NCBI GenBank assembly: GCA_030390025.1
Contig: CM059431.1
Span: 144,028,001-144,092,000, forward strand
Source: Squalus acanthias
Taxonomy: Eukaryota
Length of the DNA stretch: 64,000 bases
Direction of reading: 5' to 3'
In this document: positions 38,538-51,901 of the stretch, one piece after another
Layout of the letters: the number at the start of each line of letters is the position of its first letter
How positions within the stretch are numbered: the stretch's first letter is position 1
Notes under the pieces: model-generated
The model's input: only the letters and a program-made list of their open reading frames with translations
The model's database searches: none
Told to the model about the DNA's origin: nothing
Made by a program: the position numbers and the translations under genes

Positions 38538-40529
38538 GTACAGACAGAGTTCACTTTATTGCAACTGAGAGTCCCCTTCGTGGCTGGATTTGCAAATTCA
38601 GTGATTTGATCACGGTGCCCAGTGAAAAGTGCGACCAATTAATAAAAGGCAGATGCGATGTGGAATCGATGTGCACAATGAGATTCTTTATAAACATCGC
38701 CCCGAATCTCTCCTCCCACACACATTAAGGTGTTCCTTTTGAATGAGTGAAGAGTACTATTAAAAAGTCCCACTCAACTCATTAAATGAATAAGGGTTCC
38801 GCAATTGAAAGTCATACATGTTGTCCTTATTGTGATATAATTCCTTGATTTGATATTGTTATTTATAATTAAATAGTAAAGCTTACTGCAATTTGGAAAG
38901 TTGATTTTGTTGACGCTTCTTGTACTTTTTCTGCCGGAGATGCTCAGGAGCGGGGAGACGTAAAAGTGAGACGCTACAGCGCCACCACTGGCGGGGCATA
39001 GTTACAGGCGGTTCTGGAGTTCCCAGTATAAACTTGGACCAAGTAATTTTTAAATGGAGAATGTGACAACAGGAAGTTAGGTTTTGTAGACAGGAAGTAC
39101 ACGCAGGCATAAGGTTTTGAAAAGGTCGTAGATAATAAAAGGATTAACACTTGCCAATAGCTGTCTTTTGCAATATCTGACAACCTGATTTGAATCCAGT
39201 GGTGGAATGGTTTGCATGATAACAGCAAGTTTCCAGATCCTAATATTCAAGGTATAAGGTTTTGAGAGGTTTTTCATCCCTTATCACTAACTGTACACCA
39301 TCCTGACTGTGCACCTGGACAGGATTGACGGCACGGGCAGCATTTGCGGAGAGCTATGAACACAAAGTACAGTAACAGAGCTCTGGGATCAGATTAGCAA
39401 CGCATTTAAAAGAATGATTGGAGCGCAATGGAGGTCGCACAATACAGATACCAGGCTGGACTCTAAGGGACAGATTGGGGGTCTGGTTGTCTAGGACTAG
39501 CAATCCAAATGTCCGGATTTAAACACCAACCACAGCAAGGTGTGCCATTGAATTCAATAAAATATGGTCATTTCTGGACTGGGGCCAAAGGAAATTATGG
39601 TGAATGTTACTGAAGTTCAGGAAGAGGTAATGGATCCCCTCTCAGGATTTGATGAATCTTGTAGTTTCGGCTAACCTTCATTCCTTAATTAAAGCCACGA
39701 AAAGGACAGATTAACTGGTCATTAATTTCAACCTCAAGATTGTTCTATAAACTCAACTGGTGCCATAATGTCCTTTAGGGAAAGAAGCCTCCCCCATCTA
39801 CCTGGCTTGGATTACTCATAACGCCAGTTCCGGGTAGATTTCGACTTTGTACGATGCAGTAAAATGTTTAATAGCGAGTCGTCCGAATGTCGTCCATCTC
39901 CCCCGATTTTAGTTTCGTTGAATTCAATAGAAGTAAAAAATCACCGGTTTTACTCTATCGCACACATTCAAAATATACTCCGACGTGCTAAATCTTAATC
40001 TCCCCATCGCAACCCAGGATGGGCAACAAATGCAGCTACACTGCGAGAGCAAATTTACAAAGTAATCCCGTAAAGACACTCAGAGATATGAAACCTGGGG
40101 TCAGAATGTAATGTATGAAAGCTTTTAACGCAGATTTTGCTACTTCTACTTCTTCATCAGCAGTTAGATCGTCCAATTATCCCCCCATTCACAGCAAAAT
40201 AAAGCAGCAAAAGTAATGATTTCTAATAGGGTGTGAAATAGGAAACAAAAAGCTTATTTTGGGTTCAATGCCTCTATCGAAATAAAGGATCTGAATCAGC
40301 AAACTGTGTTTCCTAATCTAATTATTTTTGAAGCTGCTTTGCGTCTCCAGAATTGCCTGCTTTGTTCCACGTTTTAAGTATAGTCTTTGTAAATCTTTGA
40401 CTTTAGATGGAATACCAATTTTACAGATCCACAGTAGCATTTTGAGGTCGATAGCGGGGCAGGGCACTGATTGGCTATGAGCAATATCTCACATATTGCA
40501 CAGGCGGCTCTCATTTATTCCTAAACACC

Positions 40530-40935
40530 CGCCTCGGAATCAGAAGACCACCGGTTCATGCCTCATTCTAGAAGTTATGTCCATAATGTAGGCTGACGTC
40601 CAGTGCAGGGCTGGTCGAGTACTGCCATGTGGGAGCGATCATCTTTTGGATCAGAAGTTAAACTGAAGCCTCTTCTGCTTGTTCAGGTGAACGTAGAAAC
40701 TACTCTGGCACTATTTGAAGAAGTTAGTGATATTGGCGAATATTCATTCCTTAATCAACGCCACTAAAAATAACTTAAGTGATCATTTATCTCAATACCG
40801 TTTGCAGGAAATTGCTTTGCTGCTGCGTTTGCCTGCCAATAACAATGACTGTACTTCTGTAGTTGATTAACTGTGAAGTGGTTCGGGACATTCTGAGGAT
40901 TTGAAATGCTGTATAACAGTAGGATCTTTTTTTTT
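40530..40935 (+). mobile_element. Deu-domain SINE remnant
   Basis: Degenerate tRNA-like head, TGGCACTATTTGAAGAAG core and L2-like tail. Confidence 0.55.
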
Positions 40936-41010
40936 CTGATGGGATGTGGTTTACTGATGTCCGGACATGTGCTGAGATTTATAGTGGAATATGTTTGTGT
41001 CATTCCTCAG

Positions 41011-41109
41011 AGAGTGATGATGCAGATAGTGCAAGAGCTGTGCAAGAGACCCGGGCTGAACAAATGTGGCTTTGATATGCCGACCATCTACATCCCGGAT
41101 CCCAACAAG
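41011..41109 (+). CDS. NTPase coding exon 7
   Basis: cctcag|RVMMQIVQELCKRPGLNKCGFDMPTIYIPDPNK|gtaggg. Confidence 0.92.
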
Positions 41110-41214
41110 GTAGGGCCGTGTTTCCTCAATGTTAATCAGGAATGTACAGACCTCACTGAAACAACGCTCTGTAGACGCTGCACGCGCGGCTTCCAATGTG
41201 CATGTTGGATAAGG

Positions 41215-41653
41215 AACAGGTTGCATAGTGGTTATGTTGCTGGACTAGAATTCCAAGAGAGCTGGACTAATGATCCAGAGACGTGAGTTCAGAATCCCAC
41301 CACGACAGCTGGGGAATTAAAATTCAGCTAATTAAATAAATCTGGAATTAAAAGCTAGTAGCAGTAATGGTAACCACTGAAACTATCGGATTGCCGTAAA
41401 AACGCATCTGTTTCACTAATGTCCTTTAGGGAAGGAAAGCTGCCGCCCTTTACCTAGTCTGGCCTATATGTGGCTCCAGACCCACAGCAATGTGGATGAC
41501 TCTTTACTGCCTTAGCAAACCGCAACGAGAAACAATAATACTGTAGCGGTTCAAGAAGGCGGCTCACCACCACCTTCTCAAGGGCAATTAGGATTGGGCA
41601 ATAAGTGCCGGCCTTCGAAGCAACGCCCACATCCCAGGAACGAATAAGAAAAA
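41215..41653 (+). mobile_element. tRNA-headed SINE sharing both ends with a CR1-clade LINE
   Basis: A/B-box-like head; 41215-41510 homologous to 52033-52330; 41540-41653 homologous to 59526-59637. Confidence 0.85.
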
Positions 41654-43762
41654 GGCAGACAGACGGCCTTCATCAATGCGGTAAATCCACCTGAAGCTAG
41701 ATAACAATTTCAGTCATGCGATGCTCCGTGTTGGGTGACTGCTGTTAACCAACTTCATAAGTGATTTGAATGAGATGATGCAATGTTAACAAGCCTCCAG
41801 ATCAAAATATTTGTGCGTTGTTGCTTCCAATTGTAATAATTTTCCCTTTAGTTGTTCTCAACATACGGGTGGTTCTGGATAAATAGCTTTTATTTGCCCC
41901 TCCTCCCCCAAGATGCCTTGAGGCGATGTCGGGCATTCTCTTTGAATCACTGAAGGCCTTTTGATGCTGGTGCTCCCAGGGTGAGGTCAGGAGAGGAATT
42001 TCACGATATTGACCCAATCCGGTGAATAAATGGCGGTATATGTCCCTGTGAGGGTGAAGTGTAGCTTGGAGGGTAAATTGGGGATGTTGGTGTTCCCATT
42101 ATTCTGCTGCTCTTGTTTTTATTTGCGGTCGAATTCACGGAGGAGGAAAGTGTTGTCGAAGAAACCTCGGAGAGTTGCTGCAGTACATCCTGTGGACCGT
42201 ACATACAGCAGCTGCATTTTGTCGGGAGTGCAGCGGTTAGTAGTGGGTCGAATTAAGGCCGATTTAGGGAATGGGTCCCAGTGTCACAGATATCCTTCAA
42301 TGTGTATCAGTGTAGGCTGGAGCATTTTTATATGAAAAACTACAGGAATGTGTAGACAGTGTAGCGGGACCGGTTAATGGCTGAGAGGCAGGGAGGAAAC
42401 GTGGTGTCATAAACAATAAATCACTGACGATCCACAAGCAGTTTTCCAGGGACATTGGGGAGGTAAATATAGTTTTAGGTTGTATTGCTGCAATAGTACA
42501 ATATAAACTAAAAACACACTAATGAGGCTTTGACATGGTTCCGCTTGGGATATTGCAGATCATTTTGGCAGGCATAGATAGTGAGGGTGCAGGAGGAGAG
42601 CGATCAAAGCGATACCCATTCTAAGGGCACTTTATTATTGGGATAGGCTTCGTAAATTGAGCTGATTTTCAGAAGAGAAATGATAGATCGGTGAAGATAT
42701 CATTGAGGGCTGTAAATCGTTGAGGAGATTAAATTCTGCTCAGTAGTATGGGTACTCGATCCCTGGGAGAACTAGGGACAGTGAGTATAAACCACGGCGA
42801 CAAAGTGTTAGGTTAGATATTCGGGCCCAGAGTCCTCAAACTCTGGAGCAGATCACTGAGCCATGCAGTGAATGTAGATTCATCACAGTCCAATCGGAGC
42901 AAAACGAGTTACTGAGTTAGCGGTACAGTTCTGTTATTGGTAAGTCACGGGCTAGCTGGAGTTCTCGTGGTTATTGTACCCTCCTGTAGCTTTGCTTGAT
43001 TACCTTAGAGGTTCGAAAACAATAGCCCCGAGTTTGTCCTCAATCTACAACTGTTCTTTCCCCTGTGTTTACATCTCGCAAAAGACCGTATGACTGGGAG
43101 GCGGGTGGTGGGGGGTTGGGGCGGCTGGTGGGAGGTTGATATTCTTAATGGGCTACAACATGTCTGCTTGGGATGAGTATAGGGATCAGAGGACAATTAT
43201 CAGACTTTTTCCTGTGTTCGTCTGTGTCTTCCAATAACTAACATCACCCCCTTTATTGAAAAGCCTGGTAGAAATCAGAAGGAGCAGTTGAATGTTGAAA
43301 AGAGCAGTAGAGCAGATTAATAATGGTCAATCAGCGTGAGGTTTGGTTTTCAAAAGCCTGTGTTTTCTATCGCGAAACGAATAGTCATGTGGGTAAAGAA
43401 ATTCTGGATTCTGGGGTCCTTAAGGGTAATTTTATCTGTTAGTGATAGAGTTAAACGGGCGATAGCGGATCGACCGTCCTATAAATTCGCCCGATTTATT
43501 TTCCCGTTGCAGTTATCCGATATCGATCCGATATCGCCAGTTTCACACTATTGGACACAGTTACAATGAACTCCATTGTGTTAGTGTCGGAAACAGCGCC
43601 CCGAATTCTCAGTTAAATACAGCCTGGAGGAAGAGAGGTCGCAGAATGATCAGTTATCCATCGATGTGGATAAGAGAATGCACAGTCTGTCCTTCGGAAT
43701 GAGATGCCTCTAATTTATCAGTTGCTAGTTCCTATGTCTGTTTGTGTCTTTTGGACTGGCAG

Positions 43763-43908
43763 CCAACACGTTGCGTCAATCAGATCCAAGACGTGTGCAC
43801 GACAATAGAAAAAACGGTAAACCGGACAGTTCAGAAGACGCTGGACCAGCTGGAGAAGGACTGCGAGCTGATCATCCGCACCACCAGGTGCCAGCTCGAG
43901 GAGAGCAG
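43763..43908 (+). CDS. NTPase coding exon 8 (helical region)
   Basis: tggcag|PTRCVNQIQDVCTTIEKTVNRTVQKTLDQLEKDCELIIRTTRCQLEES+AG|gtgagg. Confidence 0.9.
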
Positions 43909-44059
43909 GTGAGGCTTTAGTGTGAGTTGTGTTCAGGACAGGTGCAGTAAGACTGGGCAAACAAGGATGGGAATTAACAACATTGTCAGAAATGGTAACA
44001 GATAAAGTATTATAACTGAAGAGGGCATCGGGACAAAGAGACTGGGCTCGATATTCCTT

Positions 44060-44340
44060 TCTCAGCTCCTCTAATTCTGGCTTCTTGCACATCTCCGATT
44101 TTAATCGCTCCACGATTGGCGGCCCTGCCTTCAGCTGTCGAGGCTCTGAGGTTTGGAATTCCCTCTTTAAGCCTCGCCACCTCTTTACTTCTCTTTCCTC
44201 CTTCAAGACGCTCGTTAAAAACTACCTCTTTTCATCGGCCCTATTATCTCCTTATGTGGCTCGGTGTCAAATTCTGTTTGATGCGCCTTGGGTCGTTTTA
44301 CTACATTAAAAGCACAATACAAATATAAGCTGTTGTTATT
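44060..44340 (+). mobile_element. L2 LINE 3' end
   Basis: TIGGPAFSCRGSEVWNSLFKP; (TGT)n-like tail. Confidence 0.75.
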
Positions 44341-44439
44341 ATATCATGAATATTTAGAGAGGAAAATTGGACTTAATTTCTTCAGCAGCTATTATACTTC
44401 AAGATGATCTTATCCAAGATTTCAAGTTAATGGGGTAGT

Positions 44440-46720
44440 TGACAAAGATTATTGTGAACTGTTCTTAGTAGTTGGCTCAGAGACTAGGGTCCTGAATTTA
44501 AATAAAGGAAACTCCGGTGGTATGAGGCGCGAATTGGCTAGGATGGATTGGGGAACGTTACTTAAAGTGTTGACGGTGGATAGGCAATGGCAAACATTTA
44601 ATGATCGCATGGATGAACTACAGAATTTATTCATCCCTGTTTGGCATAAAAATAAAACAAAAAAGGTGACGCTACCGTGGCTAACAAGGGAAATTAAGGA
44701 TAGCATAAGATCCAAGAAGAGGACATATAAATTGGCAGAAAATGCAGCAAACCTGAGGATTGGGTGCAGTTTAGGATTCAGCAAAGGATGCCACAGGGAT
44801 TAATTAAGAGGGGGAAAATAGAGTATGAGAGTAAGCTTGCTGGGAAAATAAAAACTGACTGTAAAAGCTTCAATAGATATGTGACGAGAAAAAGATGGGT
44901 GAAGTCAAGCGTAGGTCCTTTGCAGTCAGAATCTGGGGAATTAATAATGGGGAACAATTAAATGGCTGACCAATTAAATACATACTTTGGTTATGTCTTC
45001 ATAAAGGAGGACACAAATAACCTCCCAGAGATGTCGGGGAACATAGGGTCTAATGAGAGGGAAGAACTGAATGAAATCAGTATTTGTCGGGAAATTGTGT
45101 TTGGGAAATTGACGGGACTGAAGGCCGGTAAATCACCAGGGACTGATAATTTACATCCGAGGGTACTTAAGGAAGTGGCCCTAGAAATAGTAGATGCATT
45201 GCTGGTCATCTTGCAAAATTCTATAATCTCTGGAACAGTTCCCATGGATTGGAGGGTAGCTAATGTAACACCACTATTTAAAAAAGGTGGGAGAGAAAAA
45301 ACGGGGAATTATAGACTGGTAAGCCTGACATCGGTAGTGGGGAAAATGATAGAGTCCATTAAAAAATATGTAAAGGCAGAGCACTTGGAAAACAGTGACA
45401 AGAGCGGACAAAGTCAACATGGATTTACAAAAGGTAAATCATGCTTGACTAATCTACTGGAATTTTTTGAGGATGTAACTGGTAGAATAGATAAGGTTGA
45501 GCCAGTTGATGTGGTGTATTTGGACTTTCAGAAAGGTTTCGATAAGGACCCGCATAAGAGATTAGCGTGCAAAGTTAAAGCACATGGGATTTTGGTCAAG
45601 GTACTGACTTGGATAGAAAACTGGTTGGCAGACAGGAAGCAAAGAGTTGGAATAAACGGCTCTTTTTCTGAGTGGCAGGCAGTGACCAGTGGGGTACCGC
45701 AGGGATCGGTGCTAGGACCCCAGTTAATCACAATATATATTAATGATCTAGACGAGGGAGCTTGATGTAATATCTCCAAGTTTGCAGACGACACAAAGCT
45801 GGGTGTGCGTGTTTGTTGTGAGGAGGATGCAGAGAAAATCCTGTATGATTTGGACAAGTTGGGTGATTGGGCAGATGCATAGCAGATGCAGTATAAAGCG
45901 GAAAAATGCGAGGTTATCCACTTTGGTGGCAAAAACAGGAAGTCAGATTATTATCGGAATGGCAATAGATTGGGAAAAGGGCAAGTGCAAGGAGACCTGG
46001 GAGTCCTTGTGTACCAGTCATTGAAGATAAGCATGCAGGTGCAGCAGGCGGTTAAGAAGGCAAATGGTATGTTTGCCTTCATAGCGAGAGGATTCGAGTA
46101 CAGGAGCAAGGATGTCTTGCTGCAGTTGTACAGGGCCTTGGTGAGACCACACCTTGAGTATTGTGTGCAGTTTTGGTCGGCTTCTCTGAGGAAGGATGCT
46201 CTTGCCAGGGAGGGAGTGCAGCGAAGATTCACCAGACTGATACCTGGGATGGCAGGAATGACGTATGAAGAGAGATTGGGACGATGGGGCTTGTATTCGC
46301 TAGAGTTTAGAAGAATGAGAGGGGATCTCATTTTTAACTTATAAAATTCTAACAGGACTAGGAAGACTAGATGCAGGAAGGATTTTCCCGATGGCGGGGG
46401 AGTCCAGAAACAGGGGTCACAATCTAAGGATAAGGGGTAAGCAATTTAGGACTGAGATGAGGAGGAATTTATTCACCCAGAGAGTGGTGAACCTGTGGAA
46501 TTATATACAACAGAAGGCAGTTGAAGCCAATTCATTAAATATATTCAAGATGGAGTTAGATATATTTCTTAAGGCTAAAGGGATCAAGAGATATGTGGAG
46601 AAATCAAGGACTGGGTACTGATTGGGATGATCAGCCATGATCTCATTAAATGGTGGAGCAGGCTCGAGGGGCCGAATGGCCTACTCCTGCTCCTATCTTC
46701 TATGTTTCTATGTTTCTATA
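44440..46720 (+). mobile_element. CR1 LINE ORF2 (linker, RT, tail) with premature stops
   Basis: ORFs 44962-45765 ([30 protein letters not shown]), FADD at 45781, 45886-46344; (TTTCTATG)n tail. Confidence 0.95.
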
Positions 46721-46989
46721 CCAAGCCGGAAAGGTAGAATCGGGGAGTTAGGAGCAAGAACACAAATCGAATGACCCGTTTTATCCGAAGTGAACTGAGA
46801 TCCTGGAATAATTTTCCATGGAAGAGAATTGAAGGGAGCAGCACACGGAACCTTGAGTCAGGATTGAAGGATATGTGTGTGGATGCACAACGTGTTCGAA
46901 ACAGAGTTGAAGTTGGAAGCTATAATAATTATGGAGAATAGAATGTTGCTGTAGTTGGAACATATCTTCGATTTGGACTGGCCTTGGAA

Positions 46990-47635
46990 CTTAATATCCG
47001 AGGTTTCGTCATTGCCTCTGCCCATCTGCTGCTGAAACATTCATTCAGCTATTGTTACCCCGAGAGTGGACTCGCCTATTCCAGTGCTCTCCTGGCCGCT
47101 CTCCCTTCTTTCACCCTTCATAATCTTGAGCTCATAGTAAACTCTGCGGCCCCTATCTTAACTTGCACCAAGTCCCGTGCACCCATCTCCCCTGTCAGCG
47201 CTGACCTACATTGCCCCCTTGTTCAGCAACACTTCCATTTTAAATTTATCATCCTCCTGTTGAAATCTCTCCATGGCCTCGCTAATCCTCATTCTGTAAC
47301 TTTCTAAAGCCCTACAGCCGTCTGAGGATTCTGCGTTCCTCCAACTCTGCCCTCTTGTGCATCCCCCACTTCCGTCGCCCCACCATTGGTAGCTGTGCCT
47401 TCAGCTGCCTAGGCCCTAAGCTCTGGAAATACTTCCCTAAACCTCTACTTCTCCAAATCTCTCTTCCTATAATACAATCCTTAAAACCTACCTCTTTCAT
47501 TAAGCTTTTGATCACCCATCCTAATATATCCTTCTTCGGCTCTGTGTCAATTGTATCTGATTCCGCTCCTGTGAAGCGCCTCGGGACGTTGTACTACGTT
47601 AAAGGCGCTATATAAAGGCAAGTTGTTGCTGCTTT
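46990..47635 (+). mobile_element. L2 LINE 3' fragment
   Basis: NSAAPILTCTK..HISPV-like..LH; TIGSCAFSCLGPKLW. Confidence 0.8.
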
Positions 47636-48958
47636 CATGAGAGAAAGGAGCAGTAAAAGGTGCTGGAGTGGCAGTGTTAGTGAATGATTATATTACAGCG
47701 CTGGGAAACAATGATATCACAGACGTTGCAATGAGAAAGAATTCACTTGGACAGGGTTAAGGATAAGGAAGGGCCAAAGTACAATTCTCGATGGACATAA
47801 CAGAACGTTAAGCGTATGTGATAGAAGGGGAGAACTGCAGCCAGTTCAAAGGATAATGTAAGAACAAGAGCTTAAACATATCGGGAGGTTTTATATATCC
47901 CAAGTTAAACAGGAATAAACTGAATATGCGTGGTCAAAGTGGAGAACACATATTAGAATGGATCCGGGACTGCTTCTCAGATCAGTATGTTTCAATTCAA
48001 CAAGGAAAGAAACATCGCTTGCTTAAGTTCTGGAGATTTATGTCGGGTAAATAACTACATTGAGAGTAGGAGAGAAACTTGGAAATAGTGACCACACATG
48101 TTGGGAGATGGGGCGCCTCAGAATGTTGGCCATTTTAACTCTGGGCAATAATGTAAAACGGATGATATCGGTTGGACCGCTCGTGATAAATCTCACAAAA
48201 TGTTCCTTTCAATTAAAGTCATTCGGGAGAGATGTCAAACCGGCTGCCGATTCAATATCACACGTTTTACACCATAGCACACAGCCAGAATTACTCCCAG
48301 GGCAAGAAAAATCGAACGGGCCTATAATGGGCGGATAAATGCACATCACCCATTAAACACTATCGCCCAGATTTAAAATTACCCACAATGTGAAACTTCA
48401 AATGAAGGCGTCTGATGAAGTTTGGGGCTAATAGTGTTAAATATAATCACGTGGAATATTAAAAGTTTAATGGCGTTTTCAAACTTGAGAATGGAAGGTT
48501 TAAAATGGGGTATTAAGCTGACAACAGGTAGCATAACAGCAAATAGTAAGGGCTTTTATAAATACACACAATTAATCAATTAATTAGAGAGGGTAGGACC
48601 GATCAGGAATAAAGTATGCGGTGGTGGGTAATTATAACATTGTGTGATGGTGTAAAATGGACGATATAGAATTATCCGCCCAATATACACCATGAATTGA
48701 ATCGAAGGGAAAATTGGGCGCGGCATAAAATGGCGCCCAATTCAATAACGTCCATTTTGCACCCGCGCCCAAAGTTAAAATTACCTCCATGGAGTCTAAT
48801 TGAGATGAATGTATGGTAATGATAGCTGAACTCATATATTAAGAAATGACCCAGCTTCGGATCACTGTTGCGGTGCTGAGTTTCCATTATTACACTGATT
48901 TGCTGGACTTGTGGAATCTGTTTTCCACCAGTTACTAAAGATTCTGATTCCATTTCAG

Positions 48959-49130
48959 GGAACAGGCATCTCAGAACAGGAAAGCCTGGTTCAAACGCAT
49001 GTTCTTCAGCTCCTTGACATACCTGGCACCACTCTCACTGCTGACAAGTTTCATCATTTCCAACACATCAAGAGAAAGCCTCGCCGATATAATGGGAGAG
49101 GACTTGGCCCACATTTCGCTGATCTGGGCG
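48959..49130 (+). CDS. NTPase coding exon 9 (hydrophobic segment 1)
   Basis: tttcag|(R)EQASQNRKAWFKRMFFSSLTYLAPLSLLTSFIISNTSRESLADIMGEDLAHISLIWA|gtatga; phase 2 to 0, no stop. Confidence 0.85.
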
Positions 49131-49274
49131 GTATGACTCTCTTTTAATATCCTGAGTCTAACCAATGAATATCTGACAGTGTTAGGCGTCTATGTGTTTG
49201 ATTGGACTGCGCAGATGGATCGCTATTCCATATCCCGATCTGTACCTGCCCCTTGTGTCGTTGAGGAGAAAATA

Positions 49275-50420
49275 CAGAGGGACCTTTACTGTGTATCGAA
49301 CCCGTATTCTCCCAAACCTAGGAGAGGTTTATGGAACAGTGTATAAAGAGCGTTACTCTGTATCTAACCCGTGCTAAACCTTCCCAGGGAGGTTTAGATG
49401 GGACATTGTAGCGAAAGCTTCAAACTGTATCTAACCTGTGCTTTACCTGCCCTGTGAGTGTTTAATGGGACAGTATAAATGGAGCTTTACTCTGTATCTA
49501 ACCTGTGCTATACCTGCCCTGGGAGGATTTAATGGGAAATAGTAGCGAAAGCTTCAAACTGTATCTAACCTGTGCTGTATCTGCCCTGGGAGTGTTTAAT
49601 GGGACAGTGTAGATGGAGCTTTACTCTGTATCTGACGCTTGCTTTATCTAAACCTTACTGTCTATAACCTGACGGAAGTTGATGTGTGCTTTTGATGGGA
49701 TATTGTAGAGGGTGTTCTGCTCTGTATCTGACCAGTGCCGTACCTGTCCTGGAAATATTAAATGGGACATTGTAGAGGGAGCTTTACTTTGTATCTAACC
49801 CGTGCTGTACCTGCCCTATGTGTGTTTGATGGGATAGTGTAGAGGGAGCTTTACTTTGTATCTGTATCTGACGCATGTTTTATCTGAACCATACTGTACT
49901 TTACCTCATGTTAGTTAATGTGAGTGTTTGATTGGGCATTGTTCAGGACGTTTTATTCTGTATGTGACGCATGCTGCACCTTCCCTGTGAGTGTTGGATG
50001 GGACAGTGTAGCAGGTGCTTTACTCCGTATATAACCATTGCTGTACCTACCCTGGGCGTGTTTTATGGAACAGTATAGATGGAGCTTTACTCTGTATCTG
50101 ACGCTTGCTTTATCTAAACCTTACTGTCTATAAACTGACGGTAGTTGATGTGTGCTTTTGATAGGATATTGTAGAGGGAGTTCCGCTCTGTATCTGACCA
50201 GTGCCGTACCTGTCCTGGAAATATTAGAGGGAGCTTTACTTTGTATCTAACCCGTGCTGTACCTGCCCTATGTGTGTTTGATGGGATAGTGTAGAGGGAG
50301 CTTTACATTGTATCTAACCCGTGTTGTACCTGCCCTATGTGTGTTTGATGGGACAATGTAGTGGGAGGTTTACTGTGTGTCAAACTCCTACTGTACCTAA
50401 CCTGATGGCAGTTGATGGTA
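49275..50420. repeat. 67-bp tandem repeat (CTGTATCTAACCCGTGCTGTACCTGCCCTGGGAGTGTTTGATGGGACAGTGTAGAGGGAGCTTTACT-like)
   Basis: CTGTATCTAA recurs at 49358, 49425 etc.; some longer variant units. Confidence 0.9.
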
Positions 50421-50881
50421 GGTGTAGCTGGAGTTTTTTTCGGATCTTAGTCTTGCTTTACACATAAGATGCTGGCATTTTCTCTGGGCACAGAATAAGG
50501 TGGTGGCCGAGAAGAACTTTATATATTTCAGAGAAATAATGAGGTTGTTCCACTTCTCTGGTCACTTTCATTCTTGCAATATAAGATTGGAAATCATATT
50601 TGCTTTGATGCCCACTTCACATGCTCATTTTTAGCTCTGTTGATCTCAGATGCTTAGGCCTTTGACTTTCCCCTAGATTTCTCAAGAACTGAAAGTTATT
50701 GTCTTGTAAAAGGGGCCAGCGCGTTATTTTATCAAGAGAAGTTCAATCTGACCTGCAATGGACCGTCATAACTTCTTACCATGAACGTGAATTTAAAAAA
50801 GATTGCAATGTGAGAGTTTTACTCCCCCTTTATTACATACCAGCTCAATGTGACACTTTGCTCCTCTTCTCTTCTGGCTAG

Positions 50882-50994
50882 TGGTGTGTATCTAGAACCT
50901 GGAACTGGTTAACCGGAGACAGTTACCTTCTGGCACTGATTATGCTGATCGGATTCATGTTCGTTTCGATGTTCCTTTCAAAGTGCTATTCCAG
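50882..50994 (+). CDS. NTPase coding exon 10 (hydrophobic segment 2)
   Basis: cttctggctag|WCVSRTWNWLTGDSYLLALIMLIGFMFVSMFLSKCYS+AG|gtaaat. Confidence 0.83.
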
Positions 50995-50999
50995 GTAAA

Positions 51000-51430
51000 T
51001 GTTACTAGACAGCGGAAGATGCAGTGGAACAAAAACAAAGGGAAGGCGACGTAAAGGGATAAGGCTAGGGAGACTGAAAGAGTCAGATATAGGGAGAGAA
51101 GCAGTAACAGATGAAGAAAGCTAGGTAATGTCAGAAAGAGATAAAGACATCTACAAACACACAGCGAGACGTAAGGGAACAAACAGAGACAAGGAGAGAC
51201 AGAAACAGAGAGAGGGGGCTTATAAGATATACAGGCGAAACACGGGGACAGAGATATAACGAAGCAGAGAGAGAGAGAGAGGTGAAAGACAGAGACAGAA
51301 AAAGAGAGTGAGGAGACCAAGAGAGCGACAGGGAAAAAGAAAGAGACAGAAAGAGAGATTGAACCAAAGATAGAGGGAAGCGAGATACAGCGAAAGAGAA
51401 AGAGAGAGAGAGAGAGATTGAAGGAGACTG
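51000..51430. repeat. GA-rich low-complexity tract
   Basis: (GA)n/(GAGACA)n; similar tract at 32435-32560. Confidence 0.8.
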
Positions 51431-51590
51431 TCATCAATAGAGGGGTAGGCATTTAAACAGGAAGGAAGATTTCTGCAGGTGCAGTTTGCCAGATGTACAA
51501 TAATGCTAGATTGTGACTGAGGAGACGAGAAAACTGCTCATCAATACATGGTATCCTGGGCTGTACTGAATTTCTGCCTCCATTATTCAG

Positions 51591-51675
51591 CACCAAAACG
51601 ACCCTATCGAGGAAGGAGAAAAATAAACTAGAGGCAAAGCGTGACTATGTCCAATGTGCTGTGGCTGAGAAAAAG
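51591..51675 (+). CDS. NTPase coding exon 11
   Basis: attcag|(S)TKTTLSRKEKNKLEAKRDYVQCAVAEKK|gtgaaa. Confidence 0.85.
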
Positions 51676-51901
51676 GTGAAATCTCCCTGTCTTCCTGTCC
51701 TCTCTCTGATCATAACACTCTACCTATATTCTCCTCTATATCTACATTTGCATTACATTTTCCTTTTACAGGCCCTGTATTTACCTTCTGTATCTGCATA
51801 TCTGTCTCTCGACAATTATTTTCACCAGACATTCCTGTTTTGATGCAATTCATTCTTGAATGTCCTTTATTAACACGGGAATACTCCTTTCTTTGTTGCA
51901 G

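Noticed and set aside
38975..38995. CTCF site (CAGCGCCACCACTGG)
   Set aside because: Spacing is one base off the core consensus; no support.
44440..46720. Active CR1 element
   Set aside because: 5'-truncated with in-frame stops (e.g. 44959-44961, 45763-45765) and frameshifts.
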